50,072 nt of DNA from an uncultured Chloroflexota bacterium (GTDB taxonomy: Bacteria > Chloroflexota > Anaerolineae > Aggregatilineales > Phototrophicaceae), in the NCBI GenBank assembly GCA_937870805.1, contig CALMZT010000419.1:1-50072 (forward strand). The letters are read 5' to 3'. Below the pieces are notes generated by a model. That model worked only from the letters and a program-made list of their open reading frames with translations, was not told the DNA's origin and did no database searches. How positions within the stretch are numbered: the stretch's first letter is position 1; every line of letters begins with the position of its first letter. The position numbers and the translations under genes are program-made. Positions 34,751 to 43,955 of this stretch are shown here, in pieces.

Positions 34751-35584
34751 ATGCGTGACAAATCCTATGTGACGACTATCAAATACGCTCTGCTTGTGTC
34801 ACTGTGTTTTATCATGATGCTGCCTGTATTGGTCGCCTTTCTTGGCAGTATTCGCACTACAGGTGAGTTTATCACCCGTCCGTTTGGCTTACCCCGTGAT
34901 GGGGTTAAGCTCGACAATTATATCCTGATTTTGACAGATCCCGACTTCTGGCGATCCAGTGTGAACAGTGTGGTGATTACTTTCGGCGTGACGATTGTCA
35001 ACGTTATCCTATCGAGTATGCTGGCGTTTGTGTTCAGCCGGATGACCTTCCGCACCAAAAATATTTGGTTTAACATTATGTCTATCGGGTTATTGTTCCC
35101 TCTGGTGGTTGCGATTTTGCCAATCTTCATTCAGATTCGTAACTTCGGGCTGACAGGGAATCTACTGGGTGTGATTTTACCGATGGCAGCGTTTGGTATC
35201 CCAAGTAGTGTTGTCATTCTACGTGGATTCTTTATCAGCGTGCCGAAGGAATTGGAAGAAGCAGCCTATATCGACGGTGCAACTATTTATCAATTCTTCT
35301 TCATGATCTTATTGCCGATTGTGCGTCCAGCCATTTTTGCAGTTGCGACGATCCAGATTATTGCCGCATGGAATGAATTCTTCCTGCCGCTCGTCGTTCT
35401 GACAGGCGCAACTGAAACTTGGCCCCTACCGCTTGGACTGATGCAATTTCAAGGCCAGTACGGTACGGATTGGGCGGCAGTCATGACGTATATCACCATC
35501 CTGATGATTCCAGCGATTATCTTCTACTTGCTCACACAGCGTTATATCGTCACTGGCTTGACTGGCGGCGAACTCAAAGGCTAA
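34751..35584 (+). CDS. Carbohydrate ABC transporter permease (MalG-like)
   Basis: EAA loop ELEEAAYIDGATIYQFFFMILLPIVRP. Six TM segments. Confidence 0.9.
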   Translation: MRDKSYVTTIKYALLVSLCFIMMLPVLVAFLGSIRTTGEFITRPFGLPRDGVKLDNYILILTDPDFWRSSVNSVVITFGVTIVNVILSSMLAFVFSRMTFRTKNIWFNIMSIGLLFPLVVAILPIFIQIRNFGLTGNLLGVILPMAAFGIPSSVVILRGFFISVPKELEEAAYIDGATIYQFFFMILLPIVRPAIFAVATIQIIAAWNEFFLPLVVLTGATETWPLPLGLMQFQGQYGTDWAAVMTYITILMIPAIIFYLLTQRYIVTGLTGGELKG

Positions 35585-35590
35585 CTGATT

Positions 35591-37936
35591 ATGCTTCGTG
35601 AAGCTCATCCTTACCAGGATTCATCATATTCGATTGATGAGCGCAGCGCCGATTTACTGGCGCGGATGTCGGTCACTGAAAAGGTTGCACAACTGGGGAG
35701 TTACTGGGTGTATGAACTGCTCAACGGCATCGCGTTTGCGCCGGAAAAAGCCGAACCACGCCTGAAAAACGGTGTCGGTCACATCACGCGCATCGGCGGC
35801 GCGAGCGACGTCAGCCCGCGTCAAAGTGCGGAGGTCGCAAACACGATCCAAAAATGGCTGATCGAGCATACCCGTCTGGCGATCCCTGCGATAGTACATG
35901 AAGAATGCTGCTCCGGTTACATGGCCAGAGGAGCAACTGTCTTCCCACAGGCGATTGGCGTAGCGAGTACATGGCAACCCGAACTTGTCGAAGCAATGGC
36001 AGATGTCATTCGCCAGCAGATGCGCTCCGTCGGTGGCCATCAGGCTCTCGCCCCTGTGCTAGATGTTACCCGCGATGCACGCTGGGGACGGGTCGAAGAA
36101 ACCTATGGCGAAGACCCCTATCTCGTTGCACAAATGGGCATCGCGTATGTGCGCGGGATTCAGGGACACAGGCTGGCGGATGGTGTGATCGCTACAGGAA
36201 AGCATTTCGTTGGCTACGGCATGACCGAAGGTGGCATGAACTGGTCACCGGCACATCTTGCGCCGCGCGAACTGCGCGAAACGTATCTGTTGCCATTTGA
36301 AGCCGCCGTGCGAGAAGTTAGACTCGCCTCCATCATGAATGGCTATCACGAACTCGATGGCATCCCCTGTGGCGCGAACAAGTGGCTGCTCACTGATGTG
36401 CTGCGCGGCGAATGGGGGTTCGAGGGGACAGTTGTCTCCGATTATTTTGCTGTTGCACAGTTGCAGGATTATCACCGCATCGCCTCCAATCGTGTACAGG
36501 CTGCCCATATCGCCCTGGATGCTGGGATTGACATCGAATTGCCATCTACCGATGCCTACAATGATGAGCTGATCGAGGCAGTAGAGACGGGTCGTGTGCC
36601 GCTGGAACAGATCGATCAGGCTCTACTACGGCTACTGAGACAAAAATTTGAACTGGGATTGTTTGAAAACCCGTATGTAGACACAGAGAGTGTGCATTTT
36701 GACACGCCGGATCAGCGTGCATTGGCACACAAAATCGCAGTACAGTCTCTCGTACTGCTGCGTAATGAGGGCCATCTGCTACCCCTCTCCAAAACGCTGC
36801 GATCCATCGCCGTGATCGGTCCCAATGCCGACAGTATACGTAATCTATTTGGAGATTACGCTTATCCAGCGCATATGGAAACGTTGCTGGAAATGATGCA
36901 TAAGGAAAATGTCTTCAACATGCCGATTGCGACAGGCATCACAACAGGAGACGACTTCATCAAAACACAAAGCCTGTTATCGGTGTTGCAAACTACAGAT
37001 GACCTCGACTGTGAAATCCTGTATGCGCGTGGATGCACTGTGCGCGACACCTCAACATCGGGTTTCGCCGAAGCTGTCGAAGCGGCACGCAAAGCCGACG
37101 TGGCGATTGTCGTAGTCGGCGATAAGGCTGGACTCACAGATGATGCGACCTCCGGGGAAGCACGAGATCGCGCTGTGCTTGACCTTCCGGGTGTACAAAA
37201 CGAATTGGTCAAAGCGGTGTACGACACGGGAACACCTGTTGTACTCGTCCTGATCAACGGCAGACCAATTACACTCGATTGGATGGCAGAAAAAATTCCC
37301 GCGATCCTCGAATGCTGGTTCCCGGCGGAAGAAGGTGCAGCGGCGATTAAAGATGTACTGTTTGGCGATGCTAACCCTGGCGGCAAACTTCCCATCAGTT
37401 TCCCGCGTGCCGTTGGTCAAATCCCCGTGTTCTACAGCCACCGTCCATCCGGTGGCCGATCTAACTGGAAGGGCAATTATGTGGAAACGTCCACCAAACC
37501 GCTATATCCCTTCGGGTACGGTTTGAGCTATACGACCTTTGCTTTCTCCAATTTGCGAATGAGTGAGTCGGCACAGGCAGGAGAAAGTGTCACCATTCAG
37601 GTTGATGTGACGAACACGGGTACACGCGCAGGTGATGAAGTTGTGCAAATATACACTCATCAGGTGGTACCCTTTATCACACGCCCAGTGAAAGAGTTGA
37701 AGGCTTTCCAACGATTATCCCTGTTGGCAGGCGAAACTAAAACAGTCCTCTTCCAACTGCCCGTGAATATGCTGGCGTTCATCAATCAGGCTAATGAACT
37801 GGTGGTCGTTCCTGGGACGATAGAGGTAATGGTTGGAAGCTCATCAGTTGATATTTACCTGCGAAGCACTTTCTTGATAACAGGCGAACTCACAAGCGTT
37901 GAGTGGGCTTATACCGCTACTGCATCTGTTATATAA
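35591..37936 (+). CDS. Beta-glucosidase/beta-xylosidase-type glycoside hydrolase family 3
   Basis: MSVTEKVAQL N-terminal motif, the GFEGTVVSDY nucleophile region, and a C-terminal fibronectin-like domain. 781 aa. Confidence 0.9.
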   Translation: MLREAHPYQDSSYSIDERSADLLARMSVTEKVAQLGSYWVYELLNGIAFAPEKAEPRLKNGVGHITRIGGASDVSPRQSAEVANTIQKWLIEHTRLAIPAIVHEECCSGYMARGATVFPQAIGVASTWQPELVEAMADVIRQQMRSVGGHQALAPVLDVTRDARWGRVEETYGEDPYLVAQMGIAYVRGIQGHRLADGVIATGKHFVGYGMTEGGMNWSPAHLAPRELRETYLLPFEAAVREVRLASIMNGYHELDGIPCGANKWLLTDVLRGEWGFEGTVVSDYFAVAQLQDYHRIASNRVQAAHIALDAGIDIELPSTDAYNDELIEAVETGRVPLEQIDQALLRLLRQKFELGLFENPYVDTESVHFDTPDQRALAHKIAVQSLVLLRNEGHLLPLSKTLRSIAVIGPNADSIRNLFGDYAYPAHMETLLEMMHKENVFNMPIATGITTGDDFIKTQSLLSVLQTTDDLDCEILYARGCTVRDTSTSGFAEAVEAARKADVAIVVVGDKAGLTDDATSGEARDRAVLDLPGVQNELVKAVYDTGTPVVLVLINGRPITLDWMAEKIPAILECWFPAEEGAAAIKDVLFGDANPGGKLPISFPRAVGQIPVFYSHRPSGGRSNWKGNYVETSTKPLYPFGYGLSYTTFAFSNLRMSESAQAGESVTIQVDVTNTGTRAGDEVVQIYTHQVVPFITRPVKELKAFQRLSLLAGETKTVLFQLPVNMLAFINQANELVVVPGTIEVMVGSSSVDIYLRSTFLITGELTSVEWAYTATASVI

Positions 37937-38034
37937 AACTAATCTCAATTCGGACAAGGATTTTGAGCAGGAGTTTTCTCTTAGGTATGTTCAATTGAAT
38001 GTACCTAGAGAAACACTTTCTCAAATTGATCGGA

Positions 38035-38054
38035 CTTAACCCGAACTCAGGTTA
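38035..38054 (+). repeat. Left copy of 20-nt direct repeat CTTAACCCGAACTCAGGTTA
   Basis: 19/20 identical to 47479-47498 (CTTAACTCGAACTCAGGTTA), in the same orientation, 9.4 kb apart. Confidence 0.5.
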
Positions 38055-38480
38055 GGATAGGCTGCAAATGATGCTCAACAGGCAAGTGCCATTGTCGTAT
38101 TCTCACGCTCGGCAATTAGCCCATCCATCTCTAAAAACGGTCGTTTTAATCAGTCGTAAATTGCAACAGATTGGACTGAATATCAATGCCATTTTCCGTT
38201 AAAAATAGAGTTAAGACCCGCTATCTATTTCAACTTCATTGGTTAACCAGCGACTACACACTACTTGAAAGACTTCCGCAGTGTGCCCGCGCATCAGGAA
38301 TGCTGCGCCATGTCGACCTTTTCTTTACGCTAGAGAACGCTGCTCTGTGGTATACTATTAAGCAGCGCAGAGTTCCTCGCGCCTCGAATGAACACCTGAT
38401 TGAACACAATTGAATGATTGAACGTTAGCGCTACAAACTGCGTCCTGTATCGTTCGTTTCGTCTTTCATCAGGATCTCTC

Positions 38481-38915
38481 ATGTCAAAGCAAATCCCGCT
38501 CAATAAAAATCAGTTCACGCTCGTCGATGATGAAGAGTTCGAACGCTTGACCGCTTTCGAGTGGAAACTCAGCAGCAAAGGCTACGCGGTGCGCTACGTC
38601 AAGCTTCCCAACGGACGTTTCAGCTACGCGCATATGCACCGCTTCATTCTCGCGGTGACGGAACGTGCCGTCGAAGTGGACCGCATCGATCACAACCGTC
38701 TCAACAACACCCGCGCCAACCTGCGCCTTGCGACGCATAACGAGAATCAATGGCATAAGCGGCTGCCGCCAAATAGCACGACGGGCTTTAAAGGCGTCAG
38801 CCGCTTCGGGGACAAATACAGCGCTGCCCTGCGCTACTACGGTCAACACCTGCACATTGCGCTGGTGGATGATCCCCTCGTGGCGGCACAACTCTACGAT
38901 GCGCTGGCACGATGA
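38481..38915 (+). CDS. HNH-like endonuclease domain fused to AP2/ERF-type DNA-binding domain (homing-endonuclease-like)
   Basis: VDRIDHNRLNNTRANLRLATHNENQ is HNH_3-like. It is followed by TTGFKGVSRFGDKYSAALRYYGQHLHIALVDDPLVAAQLYDALA, an AP2 fold pattern. ATG 38481 was chosen over the ORF-track alternative start at 38418. Confidence 0.75.
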   Translation: MSKQIPLNKNQFTLVDDEEFERLTAFEWKLSSKGYAVRYVKLPNGRFSYAHMHRFILAVTERAVEVDRIDHNRLNNTRANLRLATHNENQWHKRLPPNSTTGFKGVSRFGDKYSAALRYYGQHLHIALVDDPLVAAQLYDALAR

Positions 38916-39082
38916 CTCTTTGGCGAGTTCGCCCAACCCAATTTTGAGAGCACAGAGACCTCGCCCGAAGTTGATGCCCTGATCGCCAAAGCGTTGGTAA
39001 GGCTGCACAAGAAAGGTTTGGATGTGTGAGTTCAAATCCTGCTTCTGGGCTTCTTGTACTGAAAAAGCTTCGGAGACACCCT

Positions 39083-39493
39083 ATGTCAGCGCTACCGCAA
39101 CTCAAAACCACCGCAGAACAACTCAAAATCGTGCGCGCGGCGGGCTTGATGGCGGGCTACACCATCCTGCACGTCGCCGATAATTTCCTGCTGCAATCGC
39201 CCGTCCTCAACGAAATACCCGCTGCCTACCGCAGCGAAAACCGTGCCTGGGCGTCGCGCATCGCGTGGATACAGGACATTGGCTCTGCGCTGGAATTCGC
39301 TTATGAACTGTTTTTGCAGTACGGCGAACTGACGGTCATCACCAAAGCGACGCAGCTGCTGGCAACTTGTCACATGACGCTCAGCATCCCTTTGAAACCC
39401 GACCTCGAAAACGAAGCGACTTCCCTGCTGCTGCCGGAGAGTATTCTCATGTGCTGCGTCGGTCTCGAAAGCAAATGCCGGAACGCTCCCTGA
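39083..39493 (+). CDS. Hypothetical protein
   Basis: 136-aa ORF from ATG 39083. Its stop TGA (39491-39493) overlaps the next ATG (ATGA coupling). No recognisable domain. Confidence 0.5.
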   Translation: MSALPQLKTTAEQLKIVRAAGLMAGYTILHVADNFLLQSPVLNEIPAAYRSENRAWASRIAWIQDIGSALEFAYELFLQYGELTVITKATQLLATCHMTLSIPLKPDLENEATSLLLPESILMCCVGLESKCRNAP

Positions 39494-39918
39494 TGCTGTC
39501 TTATAAACAATTAGAGCTTCTTTTTGATCTCAAACGCGCGCCCATCACCAGCACAAAATGGACGCGCAGTTATCGCGGGCTGGTCGCTGCGGGCTACGCG
39601 ACTGAGCCTAGCGCCTACACCTTTCAGATCACCCCGGAAGGCTTGTTGTACCTCAGATGCGGGCGTAAAAAGGATAAGCGCACGATTGGCGCACAGCAGC
39701 AACTGATGCTGCATGACGTGTATGATCGCGGCGAACAAGGCAAACAATTTGTCTCCCTCAAAGACAGCAGCACTAAAGCGCGCATCGATATCCTGATCGA
39801 GCGCGGCTATTTGCTGTCGCACCCCGACTACAAAAATAACCTCATGGTGAAACTCACCCCCCAAGGGGTACGCTGGGTGAAACAGGACATTCAGCGCATA
39901 CTCGAAACAGTGCTATAA
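39492..39918 (+). CDS. Hypothetical protein, possibly two tandem winged-helix-like DNA-binding modules
   Basis: 141 aa, translationally coupled to the upstream ORF. Two internally similar segments end in ...GLVAAGYATE...ITPEGLLYL and ...LIERGYLLSH...LTPQGVRWV. The fold call is by eye only. Confidence 0.5.
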
Positions 39919-39932
39919 ATTTTCTACGGTGG

Positions 39933-39946
39933 GCGGAACGTTCCGC
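39933..39946. promoter_or_regulatory. Palindrome GCGGAACGTTCCGC (GGAACGTTCC family, site 1)
   Basis: 14-bp perfect dyad, 15 nt after the stop of the 39492-39918 ORF. Confidence 0.55.
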
Positions 39947-40586
39947 GTGTACCATATCGCTATCAGCTCGCTGCGAGAGCGATTGGTAGACTTGGCTCCA
40001 CCAGCGGCAACCTGTTGAAATCGCGGTAGACAAAAGATAGAGGGGTTGTGCGGTGCGCAAAAGGTGCACACCCCGTTGCTCACCCGCCAGACGCAAGCAT
40101 GAAGGAAAAACTGCCTCACGCAGCCAAAATCCGACACAAAACCTCTCAATGTAAGAAATCTACACATAGCATCATACTACCTGTAGATTTGAGCGTGCAG
40201 CGTCTGATCTCCTCACAGAACATCAATAGTGCTGTGATTTAGGACATCAACCCCAGAAACCATAAGGATAGTGTCCTCATGCTTTCCCCTTTCATGAGCT
40301 TTCCCTGACCGGTTAGGCATTCAAGAAGGCTTGACACTTGTGTTGAGGCGGGAACGAGGTGCTCAATCATGACCCATAGAGGCGGGAGCGAGTGTTCCAC
40401 ACCCAAACGCTCAAAACGCTCAAATCTATGAAAGCTACTCAGGTTTCGTCCTGGTCGTAATGCGCTACCCTCTTGTTCGCCTCTAGAGGCTTAGCGTACT
40501 TAGCTCCTACATTTGAGACAATACAATGTACCTGTCAGTGTGCCTATTGCATAACTTTCTTTCATAGACCTATGCCCTGACTTCTG

Positions 40587-41009
40587 TTATCCATCAATTC
40601 CTAGTCGTGGAGAGGTCTGATGCCCAACGTCCCGGATCGCCACTCGCACTTCCCAAGGCGTAGCCCAACAGATCGTGTTCACGTCTCCCTGCCAAAGTCT
40701 CACTGGCTGTGTCAAGCCGAAGCGGCAGTACGATTTACGTGCGTCCGAAACACAGATGATAATCCCATTTGACGCTCCTTTTTTGCCGGAACGTTCCGCT
40801 GCTCTCAGCGCACTCTGCTCTTCCCTCTCAGCAGGCTGCGCTGTTTCCTGACCTTCAGGAGGTAGCGCCTTATCCCGCACCCCACGAGAGTGCTTAGCCG
40901 CCTGAACCCACACGGACAAGGTACAACCTTTCGCTCGCGCATCCTGCATCAAGCACTCCCATTCAGCGTTTTGCTCGCGCTGCTTCGCCGCCGCAACCTC
41001 ACCTATCAC
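40587..41009 (-). CDS. Questionable ORF (possible RHH-like N-terminus)
   Basis: 140-aa ORF. EWECLMQDARAKGCTLSVWVQAAKH faintly resembles ribbon-helix-helix antitoxin/CopG helices. The ORF contains one GGAACGTTCC palindrome and sits in a motif-dense region, so it may be non-coding. Confidence 0.3.
   Translation of the reverse strand: MIGEVAAAKQREQNAEWECLMQDARAKGCTLSVWVQAAKHSRGVRDKALPPEGQETAQPAEREEQSALRAAERSGKKGASNGIIICVSDARKSYCRFGLTQPVRLWQGDVNTICWATPWEVRVAIRDVGHQTSPRLGIDG
40787..40798. promoter_or_regulatory. Palindrome CGGAACGTTCCG (site 2)
   Basis: 12-bp perfect dyad. Confidence 0.5.
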
Positions 41010-41080
41010 TACCCCCTCGGCGCATTTCTCCAGCCACTTCAGTGGAGGCTGATACGTTGAGTCCTTCTAGTCCCTGCGTT

Positions 41081-41096
41081 TTTGGAACGTTCCAAA
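41081..41096. promoter_or_regulatory. Palindrome TTTGGAACGTTCCAAA (site 3)
   Basis: 16-bp perfect dyad, 72 nt upstream (minus-strand sense) of the 40587-41009 ORF and downstream of the primase gene. Confidence 0.55.
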
Positions 41097-41288
41097 GTGC
41101 CACAGGCAGCAGCGAACGCTTCCTGCTGGATCTGTTGTCTCCCTCGCCTTAGTCCTTGTTGCAGGACAACAGCCCATCGAAGATTTCGCCAGCGGGCAGT
41201 AGGATCGTGCCGACCCAGCACTCATGTCCGGTGCGGCGGTTGCCTTTAAGCCGCAGGGTACCGATTTTCTGGTAAGCGAGTTGCTTGC

Positions 41289-43781
41289 TCAACCCCTGAT
41301 CGGTCTGAACTCGTCAAAATCCCGTCCGATATGTGCCTGTTGTGCGACATCAGCAGCCCTCAACCCAAGTATGGCGAGCAAATCGCGGTAGTCTTTGATG
41401 CGGCGCATAATTTCGCCGGTCGGTCGGTCAATCAACAGGGTGCTGCCCTCGCTGTGATGGGCGTGGTAGCCGGTTACCAATTCAACCGCTAAAACCAGCT
41501 GACCAAACACCCAGCGTGGGTTATACCCTTGTCGATAATCATGTTTGAGGGTCAAGCGCGGCGCTTTTGGGGTTCGAGTACAGTAGTGGGGGACGGGTTC
41601 ACGCCGCGCTTTTGGCTCTGGCTCGGCGGGTTCCTTGAGTACAAGGTAGTAGCTGTTGGCGAGACGTGTACGCGCGACAATCTGGCGTCCCTGAGCGCGT
41701 TGGGCGTTCACCCATTGGCTATCCACTTGTGACAGGCAGCGTGATTCAACGTAGCGCTCACCTTCCTTTGCTTTGAGTTCAAATACCTTCCCCTTATGCT
41801 GGTAGCTGATACGCCGAATTTCTTTCGCGAGGTCAGCCGTGGGTTGTATCGGAAATTCTCCAAAATTGGGGCTGCTCTCAATGCCTGCGCGGTCCATGAT
41901 TTTGGGAACATAAGACTCAGCACAGTTGAGTTCGCGGGCAAGTTGTTTTTGTGAGATGGGCTTGCCGGCTGTCTCCCGAATGATGGCGCGTGCTTTGGCG
42001 GCGCACGGGTCATAAGTTGCCCAGATCGGCTCCAATTGGAGAATACGCGGGCTTTCCAGTCCGGCGGCTAAACGTTCATAGTCAGCATTAAACCGTTTGA
42101 TCGCCTGCTCACGCTGCCACGACTGGCGCTGATGGGCGGGTTCAATCGCATGCATCACAGCGGCGGCAAGCTCGCGGTTAGGCTCCCCTGTGAGGGCTGC
42201 CAACATCTCCGGCGTAAACCGTGCCAGTGTCTTTTCGCCTGTGTGTTTCTCTGCCAAATAACGGCGCGCCAATTGGAGTAGATTGGCGCGGATGACCGCT
42301 TCAGGTTGAGCGTGATAGACGATTGCGCGGCGTCCGGTGGAGTTTTTGTCAAAATTCGGGGGTATAGAACCCGTACTCCCTACTTTTGACAAAAAGAGGT
42401 CTTTGAGCGCCAATTCCTCTAAACCGCGTGCGATGGTCCGGGGTGAAAGCTGCACCTGCAAAATCTCAGCGGCGGCGATCACATCCTTCACTGTGAAGCC
42501 TTCGGCGGCGATCAATCCGCTGTTGATCGCGCTGTTCAGGAGGCGTGCGATCTTTTCGCAGCGTTTGGCTGAACTGCCGTCCGGCAAGGCGTCTCTGAGA
42601 ATTTCCCCTACGGCACTGGGCAAATCACCCTCCCACCACCCCGTTTGGCGCGTAGAGGCGCGGTACCAGGCGGCAAGATCGCCGTCCTGCTGTAAGAACG
42701 CGGTGGGGTCTTTCACGCCTTGCGGCAGGGTCAGTGGCTTGCTCCCCAGCGCCGCTAACTGCTCCAAGGGTTTCGCTTTTTTGCCCGCGGCGTCATTGTC
42801 AAACAGCGTGTAAATCTGTCCGGCGGTTTTGAGGCGTTCCAGAAAACGCCGCTTGATCGGCGTTGAAGCGCTGCCGACGGTGATGACTGTGACCTGTGGG
42901 AGCGCTGCCTGTGCGACAATGGCGTCAAACTCGCCCTCGACGACCAGCACGTCGCGTCCGCTTTCGAGACGGTCGGCTCCGAACGGAATGCCGGTTCGAT
43001 GTCCGCGTAAACCGATATACTTGTCTACTGGGGTTCCGTCCTTGTGCGTGTCGGTGATGTGGAGCGCGGCGGCAAAATCCCCGACATGGCGCCGGGTCTT
43101 GACGTTCCATAACTGACCCTCGGCTTCAATCGGGATGGTGATGCCGCGGGCGAGTGCGATTTTTCCGGTGTCGTCTTCGAGGCCCATGTCCTGCCATTGG
43201 GGGTTGTAGCCGATGCCGTACTTTTCGATTAAAGCGTCTGTAATGCCGCGATTGTGCAGATAGTCGCGGGTCGCGCGGGCTTGGGGATGGTCAGAGTGCC
43301 TCAAAAACTCATGTGCGCGTGTAGCAGCGGCGCGGGCGGCGCGCTGCCATGCGGTGGGCGGGGGTTCGTCGGCGCTGGATGTGTGCTCTAATCGTCTCAC
43401 AGCAGGGCGCGCCGCGCGGGCGGCGGTCCCTGCCAGCTCTTGCAAGACTTCGGCGGTGGATAAACCGTGATAGCGCTTCATGAAGTCGATCACATCGCCC
43501 CCTATGCCGCACGCGCCATAGCAGCGCCATGTTTGCGCCCGTGGGTCGACCTTAAAGGAAGGCGTCTTCTCGTCATGGAACGGGCAGCACGCCACTAAAA
43601 GGCGTCCCTGGCGCTTGAGGGAGACCAAACCCCCGATATACGTCTCGATGTCGGGCTTAAGGCGATCAATATCAGCACGGGGCTGTCCCTGAGGGCGTTG
43701 CCGCTGCTGAACATCGGTCTGAGGATAGACACTAGCGCCATCTTTTGCTATCATATCATTAACCTTTGAGTTTGATCTCAT
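41289..43781 (-). CDS. DnaG-type primase (CHC2 zinc finger + Toprim) fused to a ~450-aa C-terminal region with HTH/winged-helix-like segments; no helicase motif seen
   Basis: CCPFHDEKTPSFKVDPRAQTWRCYGACGIGGDVIDF is a CHC2 zinc finger. VLVVEGEFDAIV...LFDNDAAGKKA is Toprim. The C-terminal part has HTH-like SQKQLARELNCAESYVPKI. I found no Walker A motif. Confidence 0.85.
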   Translation of the reverse strand: MRSNSKVNDMIAKDGASVYPQTDVQQRQRPQGQPRADIDRLKPDIETYIGGLVSLKRQGRLLVACCPFHDEKTPSFKVDPRAQTWRCYGACGIGGDVIDFMKRYHGLSTAEVLQELAGTAARAARPAVRRLEHTSSADEPPPTAWQRAARAAATRAHEFLRHSDHPQARATRDYLHNRGITDALIEKYGIGYNPQWQDMGLEDDTGKIALARGITIPIEAEGQLWNVKTRRHVGDFAAALHITDTHKDGTPVDKYIGLRGHRTGIPFGADRLESGRDVLVVEGEFDAIVAQAALPQVTVITVGSASTPIKRRFLERLKTAGQIYTLFDNDAAGKKAKPLEQLAALGSKPLTLPQGVKDPTAFLQQDGDLAAWYRASTRQTGWWEGDLPSAVGEILRDALPDGSSAKRCEKIARLLNSAINSGLIAAEGFTVKDVIAAAEILQVQLSPRTIARGLEELALKDLFLSKVGSTGSIPPNFDKNSTGRRAIVYHAQPEAVIRANLLQLARRYLAEKHTGEKTLARFTPEMLAALTGEPNRELAAAVMHAIEPAHQRQSWQREQAIKRFNADYERLAAGLESPRILQLEPIWATYDPCAAKARAIIRETAGKPISQKQLARELNCAESYVPKIMDRAGIESSPNFGEFPIQPTADLAKEIRRISYQHKGKVFELKAKEGERYVESRCLSQVDSQWVNAQRAQGRQIVARTRLANSYYLVLKEPAEPEPKARREPVPHYCTRTPKAPRLTLKHDYRQGYNPRWVFGQLVLAVELVTGYHAHHSEGSTLLIDRPTGEIMRRIKDYRDLLAILGLRAADVAQQAHIGRDFDEFRPIRG

Positions 43782-43945
43782 CGTCGATTCGCCTGTTACA
43801 ACAGGCGTTTTTCTTCCTCTGCTCTTCCCTGCCTCATATCACCTGGAAAAGGTGTTTGTGTCCCTGCTGATGCGGCACAGTGGCTCACTGCTTTTAACCA
43901 AACCTGTTCGCATATTTGCTTTCTTGTGATACAATCCATGTAGTC

Positions 43946-43955
43946 GGAACGTTCC
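43946..43955. promoter_or_regulatory. Palindrome GGAACGTTCC (site 4) upstream of the primase gene
   Basis: 10-bp perfect dyad, 165 nt upstream of the primase start. A CGTTCC half-site follows at 43982-43987. Confidence 0.5.

Noticed and set aside
38186-38413. 75-aa plus-strand ORF ahead of the HNH-AP2 gene.
   Set aside because: No RBS and no motif, in AT-rich leader-like sequence. It may be real but is unsupported.
41039-41221. 60-aa Arg-rich minus-strand ORF and a 46-aa ORF (TTG overlapping the primase stop) downstream of the primase gene.
   Set aside because: They are too short and compositionally atypical, with no RBS or recognisable domain. The region also carries a regulatory palindrome.
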